A stretch of 64,000 nucleotides of DNA, taken from NCBI GenBank assembly GCA_950097015.1, contig CATNEN010000039.1, forward strand, positions 3,286,001 to 3,350,000, written 5' to 3'. Position 1 is the first letter of the stretch. Every line of letters starts with the position of its first letter. Source of the stretch: Macrostomum hystrix (lineage: Eukaryota > Animalia > Platyhelminthes). Below the pieces are notes generated by a model. That model was not told the origin of the DNA and did no database searches. It was given only the letters and a program-made list of their open reading frames with translations. This document shows positions 25,501 to 37,500 of this stretch, piece after piece. A program made the translations under genes and the position numbers.

Positions 25501-28500
25501 CTCCCGTTTTCCAGCAGCAGGACGACCCGGCCGACGATCCCAGCTCCAAGGGCCTCGCGCAGATGAACATGGACCTGAGGCGCCGCCTTGACGACGAGCA
25601 GCAGGCCTACAAGCGCAAGCTGGCGACCTACCAGGAAGGCCAGCAGAGACAGGCCCAGCTGGTGCAGAAGCTTCAGGCCAAGGTGAGCCTGCGCTCCCGT
25701 GTGTTCTGTGCAGTACGATTTTCTGTACGCTACACCTGTGCTGTCTTTGCCTTGTTAGTTTATTACTGACCCCTCATCGATTATTCCATTCTCACCTGTC
25801 ATCTATTCTTCCATTCTCAAATGTCTATATTCTCCCATTCTCATCTCTCATCGATTCTCCCATTCTCACCAGTCGTCTATTCTCCCATTCTCACATCTCA
25901 TTTATTCTCCCATTCTCACCTGTCATATATTCTCCCATTCTCACCTGTCATCTATTCTCCCATTCTCACATCTCATCTATTCTCCCATTCTCACATCTCA
26001 TTTATTCTCCCATTCTCACCTGTCATCTATTCTCCCATTCTCATCTCTCATCGATTCTCCCATTCTCACCTGTCATCTATTCTCCCATTCTCACCTGTCA
26101 TCTATTCTCCCATTCTCACATCTCATCTATTCTCCCATTCTCACATCTCATTTATTCTCCCATTCTCACCTGTCATCTATTCTCCCATTCTCATCTCTCA
26201 TCGATTCTCCCATTCTCACCTGTCATCTATTCTCCCATTCTCACCTGTCATCTATTCTCCCATTCTCACATGTCATCTATTCTTCCATTCTCACCATATT
26301 CCCCCATTCTCACCTGTTATCGATTCTCCCATTCTCACCTGTCATCTACTCTCCCATTTTCACTATTGTTTATAGAACATTACTTACAGCTTACAGTTTT
26401 CTCATGCCTCCCTATGCCATCTCATGACTATTGCCTGTGAGCCATTTAATTGTTGTGAAAATAGCCTACTGTTTATTTCCCAACTTTGCTCTAGAATCTG
26501 GAACCATCAAGTTTTTGGTGAACAAAAGGCCCCATAAACCCGCGTCCCTATTCTCATAAAGCAGAAAATGACATTAGAAAAATGGATAAACTACCCGCGT
26601 TGCATAGGTGCTGGCCTACAAGAAGAAAGTGTCCGAGAGTGACCTTGAGAACCAGCGGCTCAAGACTCAGTTGCGCAGCCTTAAGCAATCGGTATTTCAC
26701 AAGCTCTGCAGGAACTGAAGAGATTGGGAGAGTCCCATAGTGGGCCTAGATCTGTTTAATAAACTCATGTTTATATTTGCAGTGCCTCTAACACCTATAT
26801 TTATTGATTTATCTAAACAATTCTTGCATCTTGGCCTTGCAGTATCACAATATGCATCCGATGTGCTTTTCTGTCCAAGCTACTAGTATTTGACCATTAT
26901 TTTTAAACTACGCAAAGGCTCATTTTGCTGTGCAAGCGATTCGCATTAGCAGCCAGTGCTGCTCAGTGTGCTAATGTTGCCACCCTCCGTTCTCACACCC
27001 CTCCCCAAAACTGCAATCGCGCCCGCACAATCAGGTGTTGCAGTACAAGAAAAAGTGCGGCGAAATGGAAGCCAAAGTGCAGGCGATGGAGCAGGATGCT
27101 GATCGCAGACGCGTGAGTTGTCCGGCCTTCTTAACCCAGTCTGAGCAGTCTGTCTGGCAGTCCCTAGATTTTCTTTCTCTTTTCTTTCCCGTTTTCTTTG
27201 TGCGCGCGAATTTTAATTAATTGTAAAAAAAGGCGGCTTGTGTTATTATTATTTCAAGTACATTTCGCACCAGCATTTTCTTTAGTAGCAATCTGTTGCT
27301 ATAACTTTTAGCTACCTTATTGGTTGCTATTGCATTCGATTTATTAACCTACAGGCTGTTATTTAGCTCACAAGCGCACAATTCATACGCGGAATTCTAA
27401 TTAATTTGCTTTCATTAATCAATGATTAGAACGGGTCTCTCCTTGCTGTGTTTAGCATGTTTTTTAACACATTTATATGCGCACATTTCCAATATTTGCA
27501 CGGCCCAATAAATCATCAATCAGATAAGGTGATTACAAGTTTCCTCAGTCAAAGCCTTAACCCTATGCTCCCACCTGTCTAACCTGCAGAATGACAGCTA
27601 CCAGTTCAAGCTGGACTCGGAGACCAGGCTGAGGTCCGCTGACGATGAGCACTCCAGCGACCTTGAGTCCGCCCTGATCCGCCTGGAGGAGGAACAGCAG
27701 AGGTTTGTGTGGCTTGAGTTCATTTATTTGCTGGCGCTTTTTGCTGTAATTAAATTAGTTAATAAGCGCTTGTTTTGGAATAGGTTTGAAATCCATTTAT
27801 TTTGTTATAGGAGAACTATATTCTTTGTAACCCTATCGTACTCTGTGCTTTCAAATCAATGTTAACTTTCAATTTCTGTTCCGCCCTCTTCCGTTCTGTT
27901 CCGCCCTCTCCCATTTCTGTTCCGCCCTCTCCCATTTCTGTTCCGCCCTCTCCCTTTTCTGTTCCGCCCTCTCCCATTTCTGTTCCGCCCTCTCCCATTT
28001 CTGTTCCGCCCTCTCCCTTTTCTGTTCCGCCCTCTCCCATTTCTGTTCCGCCCTCTCCCATTTCTGTTCCGCCCTCTTCCGTTCTGTTCCGCCCTCTCCC
28101 ATTTCTGTTCTGCCCTCTCCCATTTTTGTTCCGCCCTCTCCTATTTCTGTTCCGCCCTCTTCCGTTCTGTTCCGCCCTCTCCCATTTCTGTTCCGCCCTC
28201 TCCCATTTCTGTTCCGCCCTCTCCCATTTCTGTTCCGCCCTCTCCCATTTCTGTTCTGCCCTCTCCCATTTCTGTTCCGCCCTCTCCCATTTCTGTTCCG
28301 CCCTCTCCCATTTCTGTTCCGCCCTCTTCCGTTCTGTTCCGCCCTCTCCCATTTCTGTTCTGCCCTCTCCCATTTTTGTTCCGCCCTCTCCTATTTCTGT
28401 TCCGCCCTCTTCCGTTCTGTTCCGCCCTCTCCCATTTCTGTTCCGCCCTCTCCCATTTCTGTTCCGCCCTCTCCCATTTCTGTTCCGCCCTCTCCCATTT

Positions 28501-31500
28501 CTGTTCCGCCCTCTCCCATTTCTGTTCCGCCCTCTTCCGTTCTGTTCCGCCCTCTCCCATTTCTGTTCCGCCCTCTCCTATTTCTGTTCCACCGTCTCCT
28601 ATTTCTGTTCCGCCCTCTCCCTTTTCTGTTCCGCCCTCTTCCGTTCTGTTCCGCCCTCTCCCATTTCTGTTCCGCCCTCTCCTATTTCTGTTCCACCCTC
28701 TCCTATTTTTGTTCCGCCCTCTCCTATTTCTGTTCCGCCCTCTCCTATTTCTGTTCCGCCCTCTCCTATTTGTGTTCCACCCTCTCCCATTTCTGTTCCG
28801 CCCTCTCCCATTTCTGTTCTGCCCTCTCCCATTTTTGTTCCGCCCTCTCCTATTTCTGTTCCGCCCTCTTCCGTTCTGTTCCGCCCTCTCCCATTTCTGT
28901 TCCGCCCTCTCCCATTTCTGTTCCGCCCTCTCCCTTTTCTGTTCCGCCCTCTTCCGTTCTGTTCCGCCCTCTTCCGTTCTGTTCCGCCCTCTCCCATTTC
29001 TGTTCCGCCCTCTCCTATTTCTGTTCCACCCTCTCCTATTTTTGTTCCGCCCTCTCCTATTTCTGTTCCGCCCTCTCCTATTTCTGTTCCGCCCTCTCCT
29101 ATTTGTGTTCCACCCTCTCCCATTTCTGTTCCGCCCTCTCCTATTTCTGTTCCGCCCTCTCCTATTTCTGTTCCGCCCTCTCCTATTTCTGTTCCGCCCT
29201 CTCCTATTTGTGTTCCACCCTCTCCCATTTCTGTTCCGCCCTCTCCTATTTCTGTTCCGCCCTCTTTCGTTCTGTTCCGCCCTCTCCCATTTCTGTTCTG
29301 CCCTCTCCCATTTCTGTTCCGCCCTCTCCCATTTTTGTTCTGCCCTCTCCCATTTCTGTTCCGCCCTCTCCCATTTTTGTTCCGCCCTCTCCCATTTCTG
29401 TTCCGCCCTCTTCCGTTCTGTTCCGCCCTCTCCCATTTCTGTTCCGCCCTCTCCCATTTCTGTTCCGCCCTCTCCCTTTTCTGTTCCGCCCTCTTCCGTT
29501 CTGTTCCGCCCTCTCCCATTTCTGTTCCGCCCTCTCCTATTTCTGTTCCACCGTCTCCTATTTCTGTTCCGCCCTCTCCCTTTTCTGTTCCGCCCTCTTC
29601 CGTTCTGTTCCGCCCTCTCCCATTTCTGTTCCGCCCTCTCCTATTTCTGTTCCACCCTCTCCTATTTTTGTTCCGCCCTCTCCTATTTCTGTTCCGCCCT
29701 CTCCTATTTCTGTTCCGCCCTCTCCTATTTGTGTTCCACCCTCTCCCATTTCTGTTCCGCCCTCTCCTATTTCTGTTCCGCCCTCTCCTATTTCTGTTCC
29801 GCCCTCTCCTATTTCTGTTCCGCCCTCTCCTATTTGTGTTCCACCCTCTCCCATTTCTGTTCCGCCCTCTCCTATTTTGTTCTGCCCTCTCCTATTTCTG
29901 TTCCGCCCTCTCCCATTTCTGTTCCGCCCTCTCCTATTTTGTTCTGCCCTCTCCTATTTCTGTTCCGCCCTCTCCCTCTCATTTCCCAAGTTTTCGTTCC
30001 TCCTCTCTTTTCCCATAAAGCAATTCTCCCAATCTGGCATTTCCCAAATCCCCATTATCGTCCTCAAAGCAGGCACTCCCTCCGGTTCTGGGGTCAACCT
30101 CACTTCATCAGCCCTCTTACCCCGGCTCCTGTGTCGCGTGGCATGTTTTATTGAATGTATCGCCAGCTATTATAAAAAAGCGATAAGCCTGGAATGTCAC
30201 TCTGAAAGTTGCGTAGAGACCGATGTTCTGCTGGGCAAGGCAGTAAATGCAGTGCCGTGTCTATGCAGAGATAGCCAATAGAGCTGAATGCAGTCAGTTG
30301 TGTTTGTGGGCAAGCAATTGCAGTTGTAAATGCATAAAACAGATGAGACTGGCTAAACGGACTCAGCTGAGTAATTCTCGCGTGTCTCAAGTACGCGGCT
30401 GAGTTGGTTCTCTCTACCTGGCTCATGCTTTCCTGTGCGCCATTGCTGGCGGGTAATTTATTAGTTGAGTATGCATTGGCGTGGCCTGTGCAGTGAGGCT
30501 GCAAAACAGGCTTGTTGCTGTTTGCATTGATTTTGCCAAACTTTTTTGCATCAATTTGTAACTGTTGCCGTCTGACTTACGTGTGGAGTTTCTGTCGCGA
30601 CAAAGTACAAATATGCTTAGAGGGACTATGGAACTACGGATAATGCTGTTGAGACTTTTATGTGTGGAATTAGAGTCTGTTTCGCACAAAATATAATATG
30701 CTGTTAGACAAGCAATCTTTAGTCTCTCTGCTGTCTCTTTTCAAGGTTCATCTTTCTACCGTCTCATCTCTCCTGTATCTCAACTCTCCCCTGTCTTATC
30801 GCTCCCATCGTTAATGTCTCCCAGTCTCCCAGCCTCATCTCATGTGTCTCATCTCTCTACTGTCTCACCTCTCCCGTGTCTCACCTCTCTCCGTCTCATC
30901 TCTCCCTTGTCTCATCTCTCCTTTTTCTCATCTCTCTCCTGTCTCATCTCTCTCCTGTCTCATCTCTCTCCTGTCTCACCTCTCTCCTGTCTCAGCTCTC
31001 TCCTGTCTCACCTCTCCCTTGTCTCACCTCTCTCCGTCTCATCTCTCCCTTGTCTCATCTCACCTCTCCTGAACGACAAGGGAGAGGTGAGACAGGAGAG
31101 AGCTGAGACAGGAGAGAGCTGAGACAGGAGAGAGATGAGAAAAAGGAGAGATGAGACAGTCTGAAACAATCTAGATTAGACAAAAAAGTCCGCAGCCGAA
31201 TGGTACTCTCCTGTCTAGGTCGGCCTCGCTGGCCCACGTGAACGCGATGCTGCGCGAGCAGTTGGACCAGGCCACGCAGGTGAACCAGACGCTGACGGAG
31301 GACATGAAGCGGCTCAGCGATGACTTCCAGCGCACCCGGACCGACCTGGAGCGGCGCGAGTCCGAATGGCGCGACGAGGAGGCCAGCTTCTCCGAGTACT
31401 TCTCTTCTGAGCACAACCGCCTGCTGTCCCTGTGGCGCAACCTGGTCAGCTTCCGGCGCCAGTTCAACGAGCTAAAGACTGCCAACGAGCGCGACCTGAA

Positions 31501-34500
31501 CAACTTCAAGAACGAGGTGACCCGACAGTCGCGCGGCATCCACGCTGCCTGCCAGAATCTGAACGCCAACCTGAAGTCGGCGGAGACTCAGGGCGCCGTG
31601 GCTCTTGACCAGGAGCGATCGAGCAGGGCCAGCCTCGAATCCGCGCTGCGCGAGCGAACCCGCGACCTTCAGGACCTGCAGGCCAAGTTCGAGGCCCACC
31701 AGGCCGACCTCAGCGGCCGCGTCAACGAGCTCTCCGTGCTCAACGAGAAGCTGAAGTTCCAGCTGGCCGAGAAGGAGCGAACCCTGGCCCACCTGCAGCG
31801 GCTGCGCGGCAGCGGCGGCGGAGGCGGCAGCGGAAGTCGGTCGCATTCGGCTGAGCCGCCGGTTGGTGACGGAAATATTTTCACACAATTTCTTGGACTT
31901 TTTAAAACTACCTGTCGATAGAAAAATTAAGTCAGCGTGATATTTTATACTTTTGACCATAGAAAGGGTCACATTTTGATTCAGTGTCCAAGAAAATGGT
32001 AGGATTTCGATTTGCTTTTAAGTATCAAAATCTCTCCCTGCTCTTGCAAAATCTGAGATTTATATTTTTCAAAGCAAGAGCAGAGTGAGATTTTGATGCT
32101 TTAAGGCAGCGAAATATTATTTTGCAAATGGACCTAAATCCCATATTAATCAACCTGATTTCTCCCAATTCAGGCTCCAGACGATGCCGCCACCCGCGCC
32201 CTCATCGAGGAGACCGAAGCCATGCACCAGAGCCTTCGCGACATCGCCCAGGCTGTCATCAGCGACGCCGACGGTCATCGGGACTTCTCCGACGCCGGCC
32301 GAGGCCGCTCCGTTTCGCCGCTGGGCCGCGGCGGCCGGTCGCCGGTTGGAAGGCAGCAGCGCTCGCGGTCGCCCGCCTTCGCCGACTCCACCTACAGCGC
32401 TGTGCAGGCGGCGCTGAACAAGCGGGCTCTGCAGGTGGGAGTCTGGCCATAGACATAATTGAGGCCCCACTATCTGAGCAGAAAGGCTAGACAGTTTTGG
32501 GTGATAAATATGACAAAAATATTGATAGGAGAGCTGTCAACAGAAGCTGGTCATTTGGTGACATTCAGTTCGTAAGCGCACTCTCACACAGGGGTGTACA
32601 TTTGCCCTGACTTTCTCATTGTCAGGCAGTGTACAGCCTCTCTGTACAATTCAAAGTTCAGTTTATTGGGAACTTTGGTTTCAACCTTGACATCCCCTCG
32701 CCACCTCCCAGGTGCAAGAGCTGCGCGGCAAGCTGGCCAGCGCCAAGGAGGCCGGCGACAACCTTCGCCGCCAGCTGGACGACTCCGAGAATGAGCGGCG
32801 CCGCCTCGAGCACCAGGTACTTGGCCTGCGCGAAGAGCTGGACGCCTCACAGAGGGCTCAGACTGACAGTGGACGCGACTGCGAACGGCTGAAGTCTGCG
32901 CTGAACACCAGGGAGCAGGAGCGGAGCCAGCTGGAGAAGGTGAGGGAATGTGCTGGCGAAATATAAGAGATGAGGTTATAGATTCGTATTTAGATTAAAG
33001 GGTGGATATAGGAATAGGAATAGATAAAGCAAGGCAAGATAATGGGGTTCAGAACTAATGGTTAAGACTATTATTGGGTGGTTATAAAGAAAGGAGTGAG
33101 ATAGAAGGAGTGAGATAGAAGTGCGATAGAAGTGCGACAGAAGGGAATGAGATATAAGGGGTGAGATAGAAGGGATTGAGATAGAAGGGGTGAGATGGAA
33201 GGGAATGAGATAGAAGGGGTGAGATAGAAGGGGTGAGACAAAAGGGGTGAGATAGAAGGGGTGAGATAGAAGTGCGATAGAAGGGAGTGAGACAGAAGGG
33301 AATGAGATATAAGGGGTGAGATAGAAGGGGTGAGATGGAAGGGGTGAGATGGAAGGGATTGAGATGGAAGGGGTGAGATAGAAGGGGTGAGATGGAAGGG
33401 ATTGAGATAGAAGGGGTGAGATAGAAGGGAGTGAGATAAAAGAGATTGAGATAGAAGGGTTGAGATAGAAGGGTGAGAAGGGAGTGAGAAGGAATTGAGC
33501 TCAGATATAACGGGGTGAGAAAGGGTGAGAGCGGGGTGGAAGGGTGATATCATCGGATTTGCTAAGATAAAGGGACTGAGCTGTCAGCTCAGCTCAGCTC
33601 AGCTGTCAGCAGGTGTTTAATCTATTGACCAGTGTGTGCTAAACAAGTCGCTCCGCTTCGCCGCTCGCAGGTGCGCTCGGCCCTGAACGAGCAGATCGAG
33701 ACGCTGCACGCCGACCTGGACCGGCTGCAGCAGGCCAATAGCGAGCTGCAGCGCTGCCGCGACTGCCTGGAGGACCAGAAGGCCGATCAGAAGAAGGACC
33801 TAGACAGGCAGGCCAAGGAGAACGAGCGCTGCCAGCGCTGCATCGACCAGCTGGAGGAGAAGCTGAGCAACCTGAAGTCCGACCTGGTGCAGACCAAGGA
33901 GAACCTGAACCGGGCCTGCCTGGAGAAGGAGGTGCTGGACCAGGAGAAGGCCGAGGTCAGCGACGCCCTGTCCCGTAGCGAGCTGGCCAAGGCTGAGCTG
34001 GAACTGGAGCTCAACAAGATGAAGAGCGAGGAGGCCGCCCTGCGCGACGCCCTGCTGAAGATGCAGTCGCTGAACGAGGGCCTGGGCCACGACAAGGTTG
34101 AGCTGAACAAGATCATCATGATGTACGAGAATGAGAAGGCGCAGCTGTCCGGCGAGAAGCACGCCCTGGAGCAGGAGAAGTACGGCATTCGCGAGGAGCT
34201 GCTCCGCTGCGAGCAGGAGAAGATGGAGCTGGACAATGAGAAGGCCGGCCTGTACCAGACTCTCGAGCTCAGCGAGATGTCGCGCGAGAAGCTGGAGGAC
34301 GAGCTGCAGTCGATCAACCGAGAGCGCCTGGAGCTGATTGAGCAGCTCAACGCCCTGGGCAGGCAGAAGCGCGCCCTGGCCGAGGAGCTGCTGGCCTCCC
34401 GCCGGGAGACCGAGCGCGCCTCCAACACCATCGTGCGCGTCGCCAAGGAGAAGGAGGAGCTGACAAAGGAGAAAGGCGAGCTGATTGTCCAGCTGACCGC

Positions 34501-37500
34501 CTGCGAGAGGGAGATCCGGCGCCTCGGCGAGTTGGTCTCCGGCCTGCGCGCCGACAAGGATCAGCTGGAGGACGCTCTGCACGAGGCCCAGGAGCTCATT
34601 GTGCAGCTGGAGACCCGCAAGGGCCAGCTGGAGGGCGAGAACCAGGAGCTCATCATCAAGAAGGAGAACCTCACTGGTTAGTTGCATTGGTTTGGACCCA
34701 GTTAGAGCCGGCTATTGCCCAGCGCTTCCAAAGACTATCTTTAGCTCTTCAGTCCACAGACTGGTAACCATTCTTTGGCAGGGTGCACATAACCCAAAAC
34801 AATTGCAGGAGGGCTGTGGGCAGTGGCACATGATTTGGTGACACTAGACCCGCAGCCAACGAAGAGGCAATTCTGCCCATTCCGCTGACTCCTGAGCACA
34901 CACGCACACAGATACTGTACGCCGGCACACACTAAAACATGTGTGTACATCTGCCCTGACTTTCTCATCGTCAGGCAGTGTACACTTTCACTGCGCCTTG
35001 GAGGTTGGGCCTAATATGCTACTGAGCCTTCTCTCTGCGACTGCGCCCCAGATGAAACTGAACTCACCACTGAATCGAGCTCAGGGACCTTGGTGTGAGA
35101 GGCAAACGCGTTAAGCGCTCTGCCACTGACCCCTCAACTAAAGCCATAGGAAATTACTCGTAGATCTAAGTCTCCATTACGAGTCAGAAACTCTCAGTGA
35201 CTGGCAGGTTTCTCATTTATTTTTTAACTTCGTCCTCGCCCACAGCCGAGATCAACCGGCTGACCAAGGAGTTCGAGGTTGAATGCGACAAGCTGACCAG
35301 GCAGCGCGAGAATCTGCAGCAGAAGATGCAGCAGATGGAGCGCGACCTGAAGCACGCCCTGGCCCAGGAGCAGCAGGCTCACGAGGACGACCTGGAGCGC
35401 CTCACTAAAGAGAAGGTGAGGCTTCACGGACCGCGTTTTAGAGCCGGATAAAGGACTGATAGTTGATAGAAGCTTGTACTAGATAAGACCGGTGGAAAGG
35501 TATTTGAAGAGACTGGTAAACATGTAGATTGAATAGACAAGTAGACAGGTAGATAGAATACACGAGTAGACAGGTAGATGGAACAGACAAGCAGAGAGGC
35601 AGATAGAACAGACAAGCAGAGGTAGATTGAATAGACAAGTAGATGGAATAGAAAAGTAGACAGGTAGATAGATAGAATACACGAGTAGACAGGTAGATGG
35701 AACAGACAAGCAGAGAGGTAGATAGAACAGACAAGCAGAGGTAGATAGAACAGACAAGCAGAGGTAGATAGAACAGACAAGCAGAGGTAGATAGAACAGA
35801 CAAGCAGAGGTAGATAGAACAGACAAGCAGAGGTAGATAGAACAGACAAGCAGAGGTAGATAGAATACACGAGTAGACAGGTAGATGGAACAGACAAGCA
35901 GAGAGGTAGATAGAATACACAAGAAGGACACAGGTAGATAGAATACACTAGAAGGACAAAGGTAGATAGAATACACAAGAAGGACACAGGTAGATAGAAT
36001 ACGCAAGAAGGACACAGGTAGATAGAATACACAAGAAGGACACAGGTAGATAGAATACGCAAGAAGGACACAGGTAGATAGAATACACAAGAAGGACACA
36101 GGTAGATAGAATACACAAGAAGGACACAGGTAGATAGAATACGCAAGAAGGACACAGGTAGATAGAATACACAAGAAGGACACAGGTAGATAGAATACAC
36201 AAGAAGGACACAGGTAGATAGAATACACAAGAAGGACACAGGTAGATAGAATACACAAGAAGGACACAGGTAGATAGAATACACAAGAAGGACACAGGTA
36301 GATAGAATACGCAAGAAGGACACAGGTAGATAGAATACACAAGAAGGACACAGGTAGATAGAATACGCAAGAAGGACACAGGTAGATAGAATACGCAAGA
36401 AGGACACAGGTAGATAGAATACACAAGAAGGACACAGGTAGATAGAATACGCAAGAAGGACACAGGTAGATAGAATACACAAGAAGGACACAGGTAGATA
36501 GAATACACAAGAAGGAGACAGGTAGATAGAATACGCAAGAAGGACACAGGTAGATAGAATACACAAGAAGTACACAGGTAGATAGAATACACAAGAAGGA
36601 GACAGGTAGATAGAATACGCAAGAAGGACACAGGTAGATAGAATACACAAGAAGGACACAGGTAGATAGAATACGCAAGAAGGAGACAGGTAGATTAAAG
36701 TGAGACGGAAGTACGTAGAATGAAAGATATATCAAAGATTAGGCTAAGAAAATGGTTAAACTGAGGGTGAGAACATTTAGTCTTTAAAGTTGCATATTAT
36801 TAAGTCCATTGATGAAGCCTCTATAAGTGTCATGGATTGCCTCGTCACGCAGGAGAACCAGCGCGCCGAGTACGAGAGCCAGCGGCAGGAGATCATCCAC
36901 CAGAATAACATGGAGCGCGAGGAGATGGTCGCCGCCTTCGAGCGCGAGCGCGACCAGCTGCACACGGAGATCGCCGCCTGCCAGCGCGAGCGTGACGAAA
37001 GCCTCATGCTGGCTGAGAACGACAAGCAGCAGGCCCTGAGCATCATGGAGCAGGAGAAGTCGACAATTCTGGAACGCCTTGGCAACACCCACGCTGAACT
37101 GCAGGTCAGTTTCACAGCGAAACCATAGATTAATCATTAATTTTTCCGGCTCCCGAACCCATCGATAAACTACCATAGAGTTTATACAATCCCGACGCTC
37201 TATCGTTGACTCGCCGATGTGCCCGCAGGCCGTGGCCTCCGAGTTGGACCGCGCCCGCCGCGAGGCCGCCGCCAAGCAGCAGCAGGACAAGGAGACAATC
37301 ACCGGCCTGAATGGCGAGCTGCGGAAATTCCGCGAGCACTTTGAGCAGACTGTCGAGGAGCACGAGGCCGAGGTGCGCAAACTCGGCGAGCAGATCAACG
37401 AGCTCACGCACCAGCGCGAGGCCGCCTGCCGCGAGGTCGCCGAGCTCAAAGTGCAGCTGCGCATGGCCGAGGACGCCCGTGACAATCTCCGCCGCGAGCT

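Noticed and set aside
18125-30281. Very long ORFs (up to 719 aa) in the ORF track, also at 35424-36735 and 54956-56066
   Set aside because: They are translations of stop-free minisatellites in several frames with no protein features.
33787-34687. Long antisense ORFs over rootletin exons and over the LINE ORFs
   Set aside because: Expected shadows of GC-rich codon usage on the coding strand.
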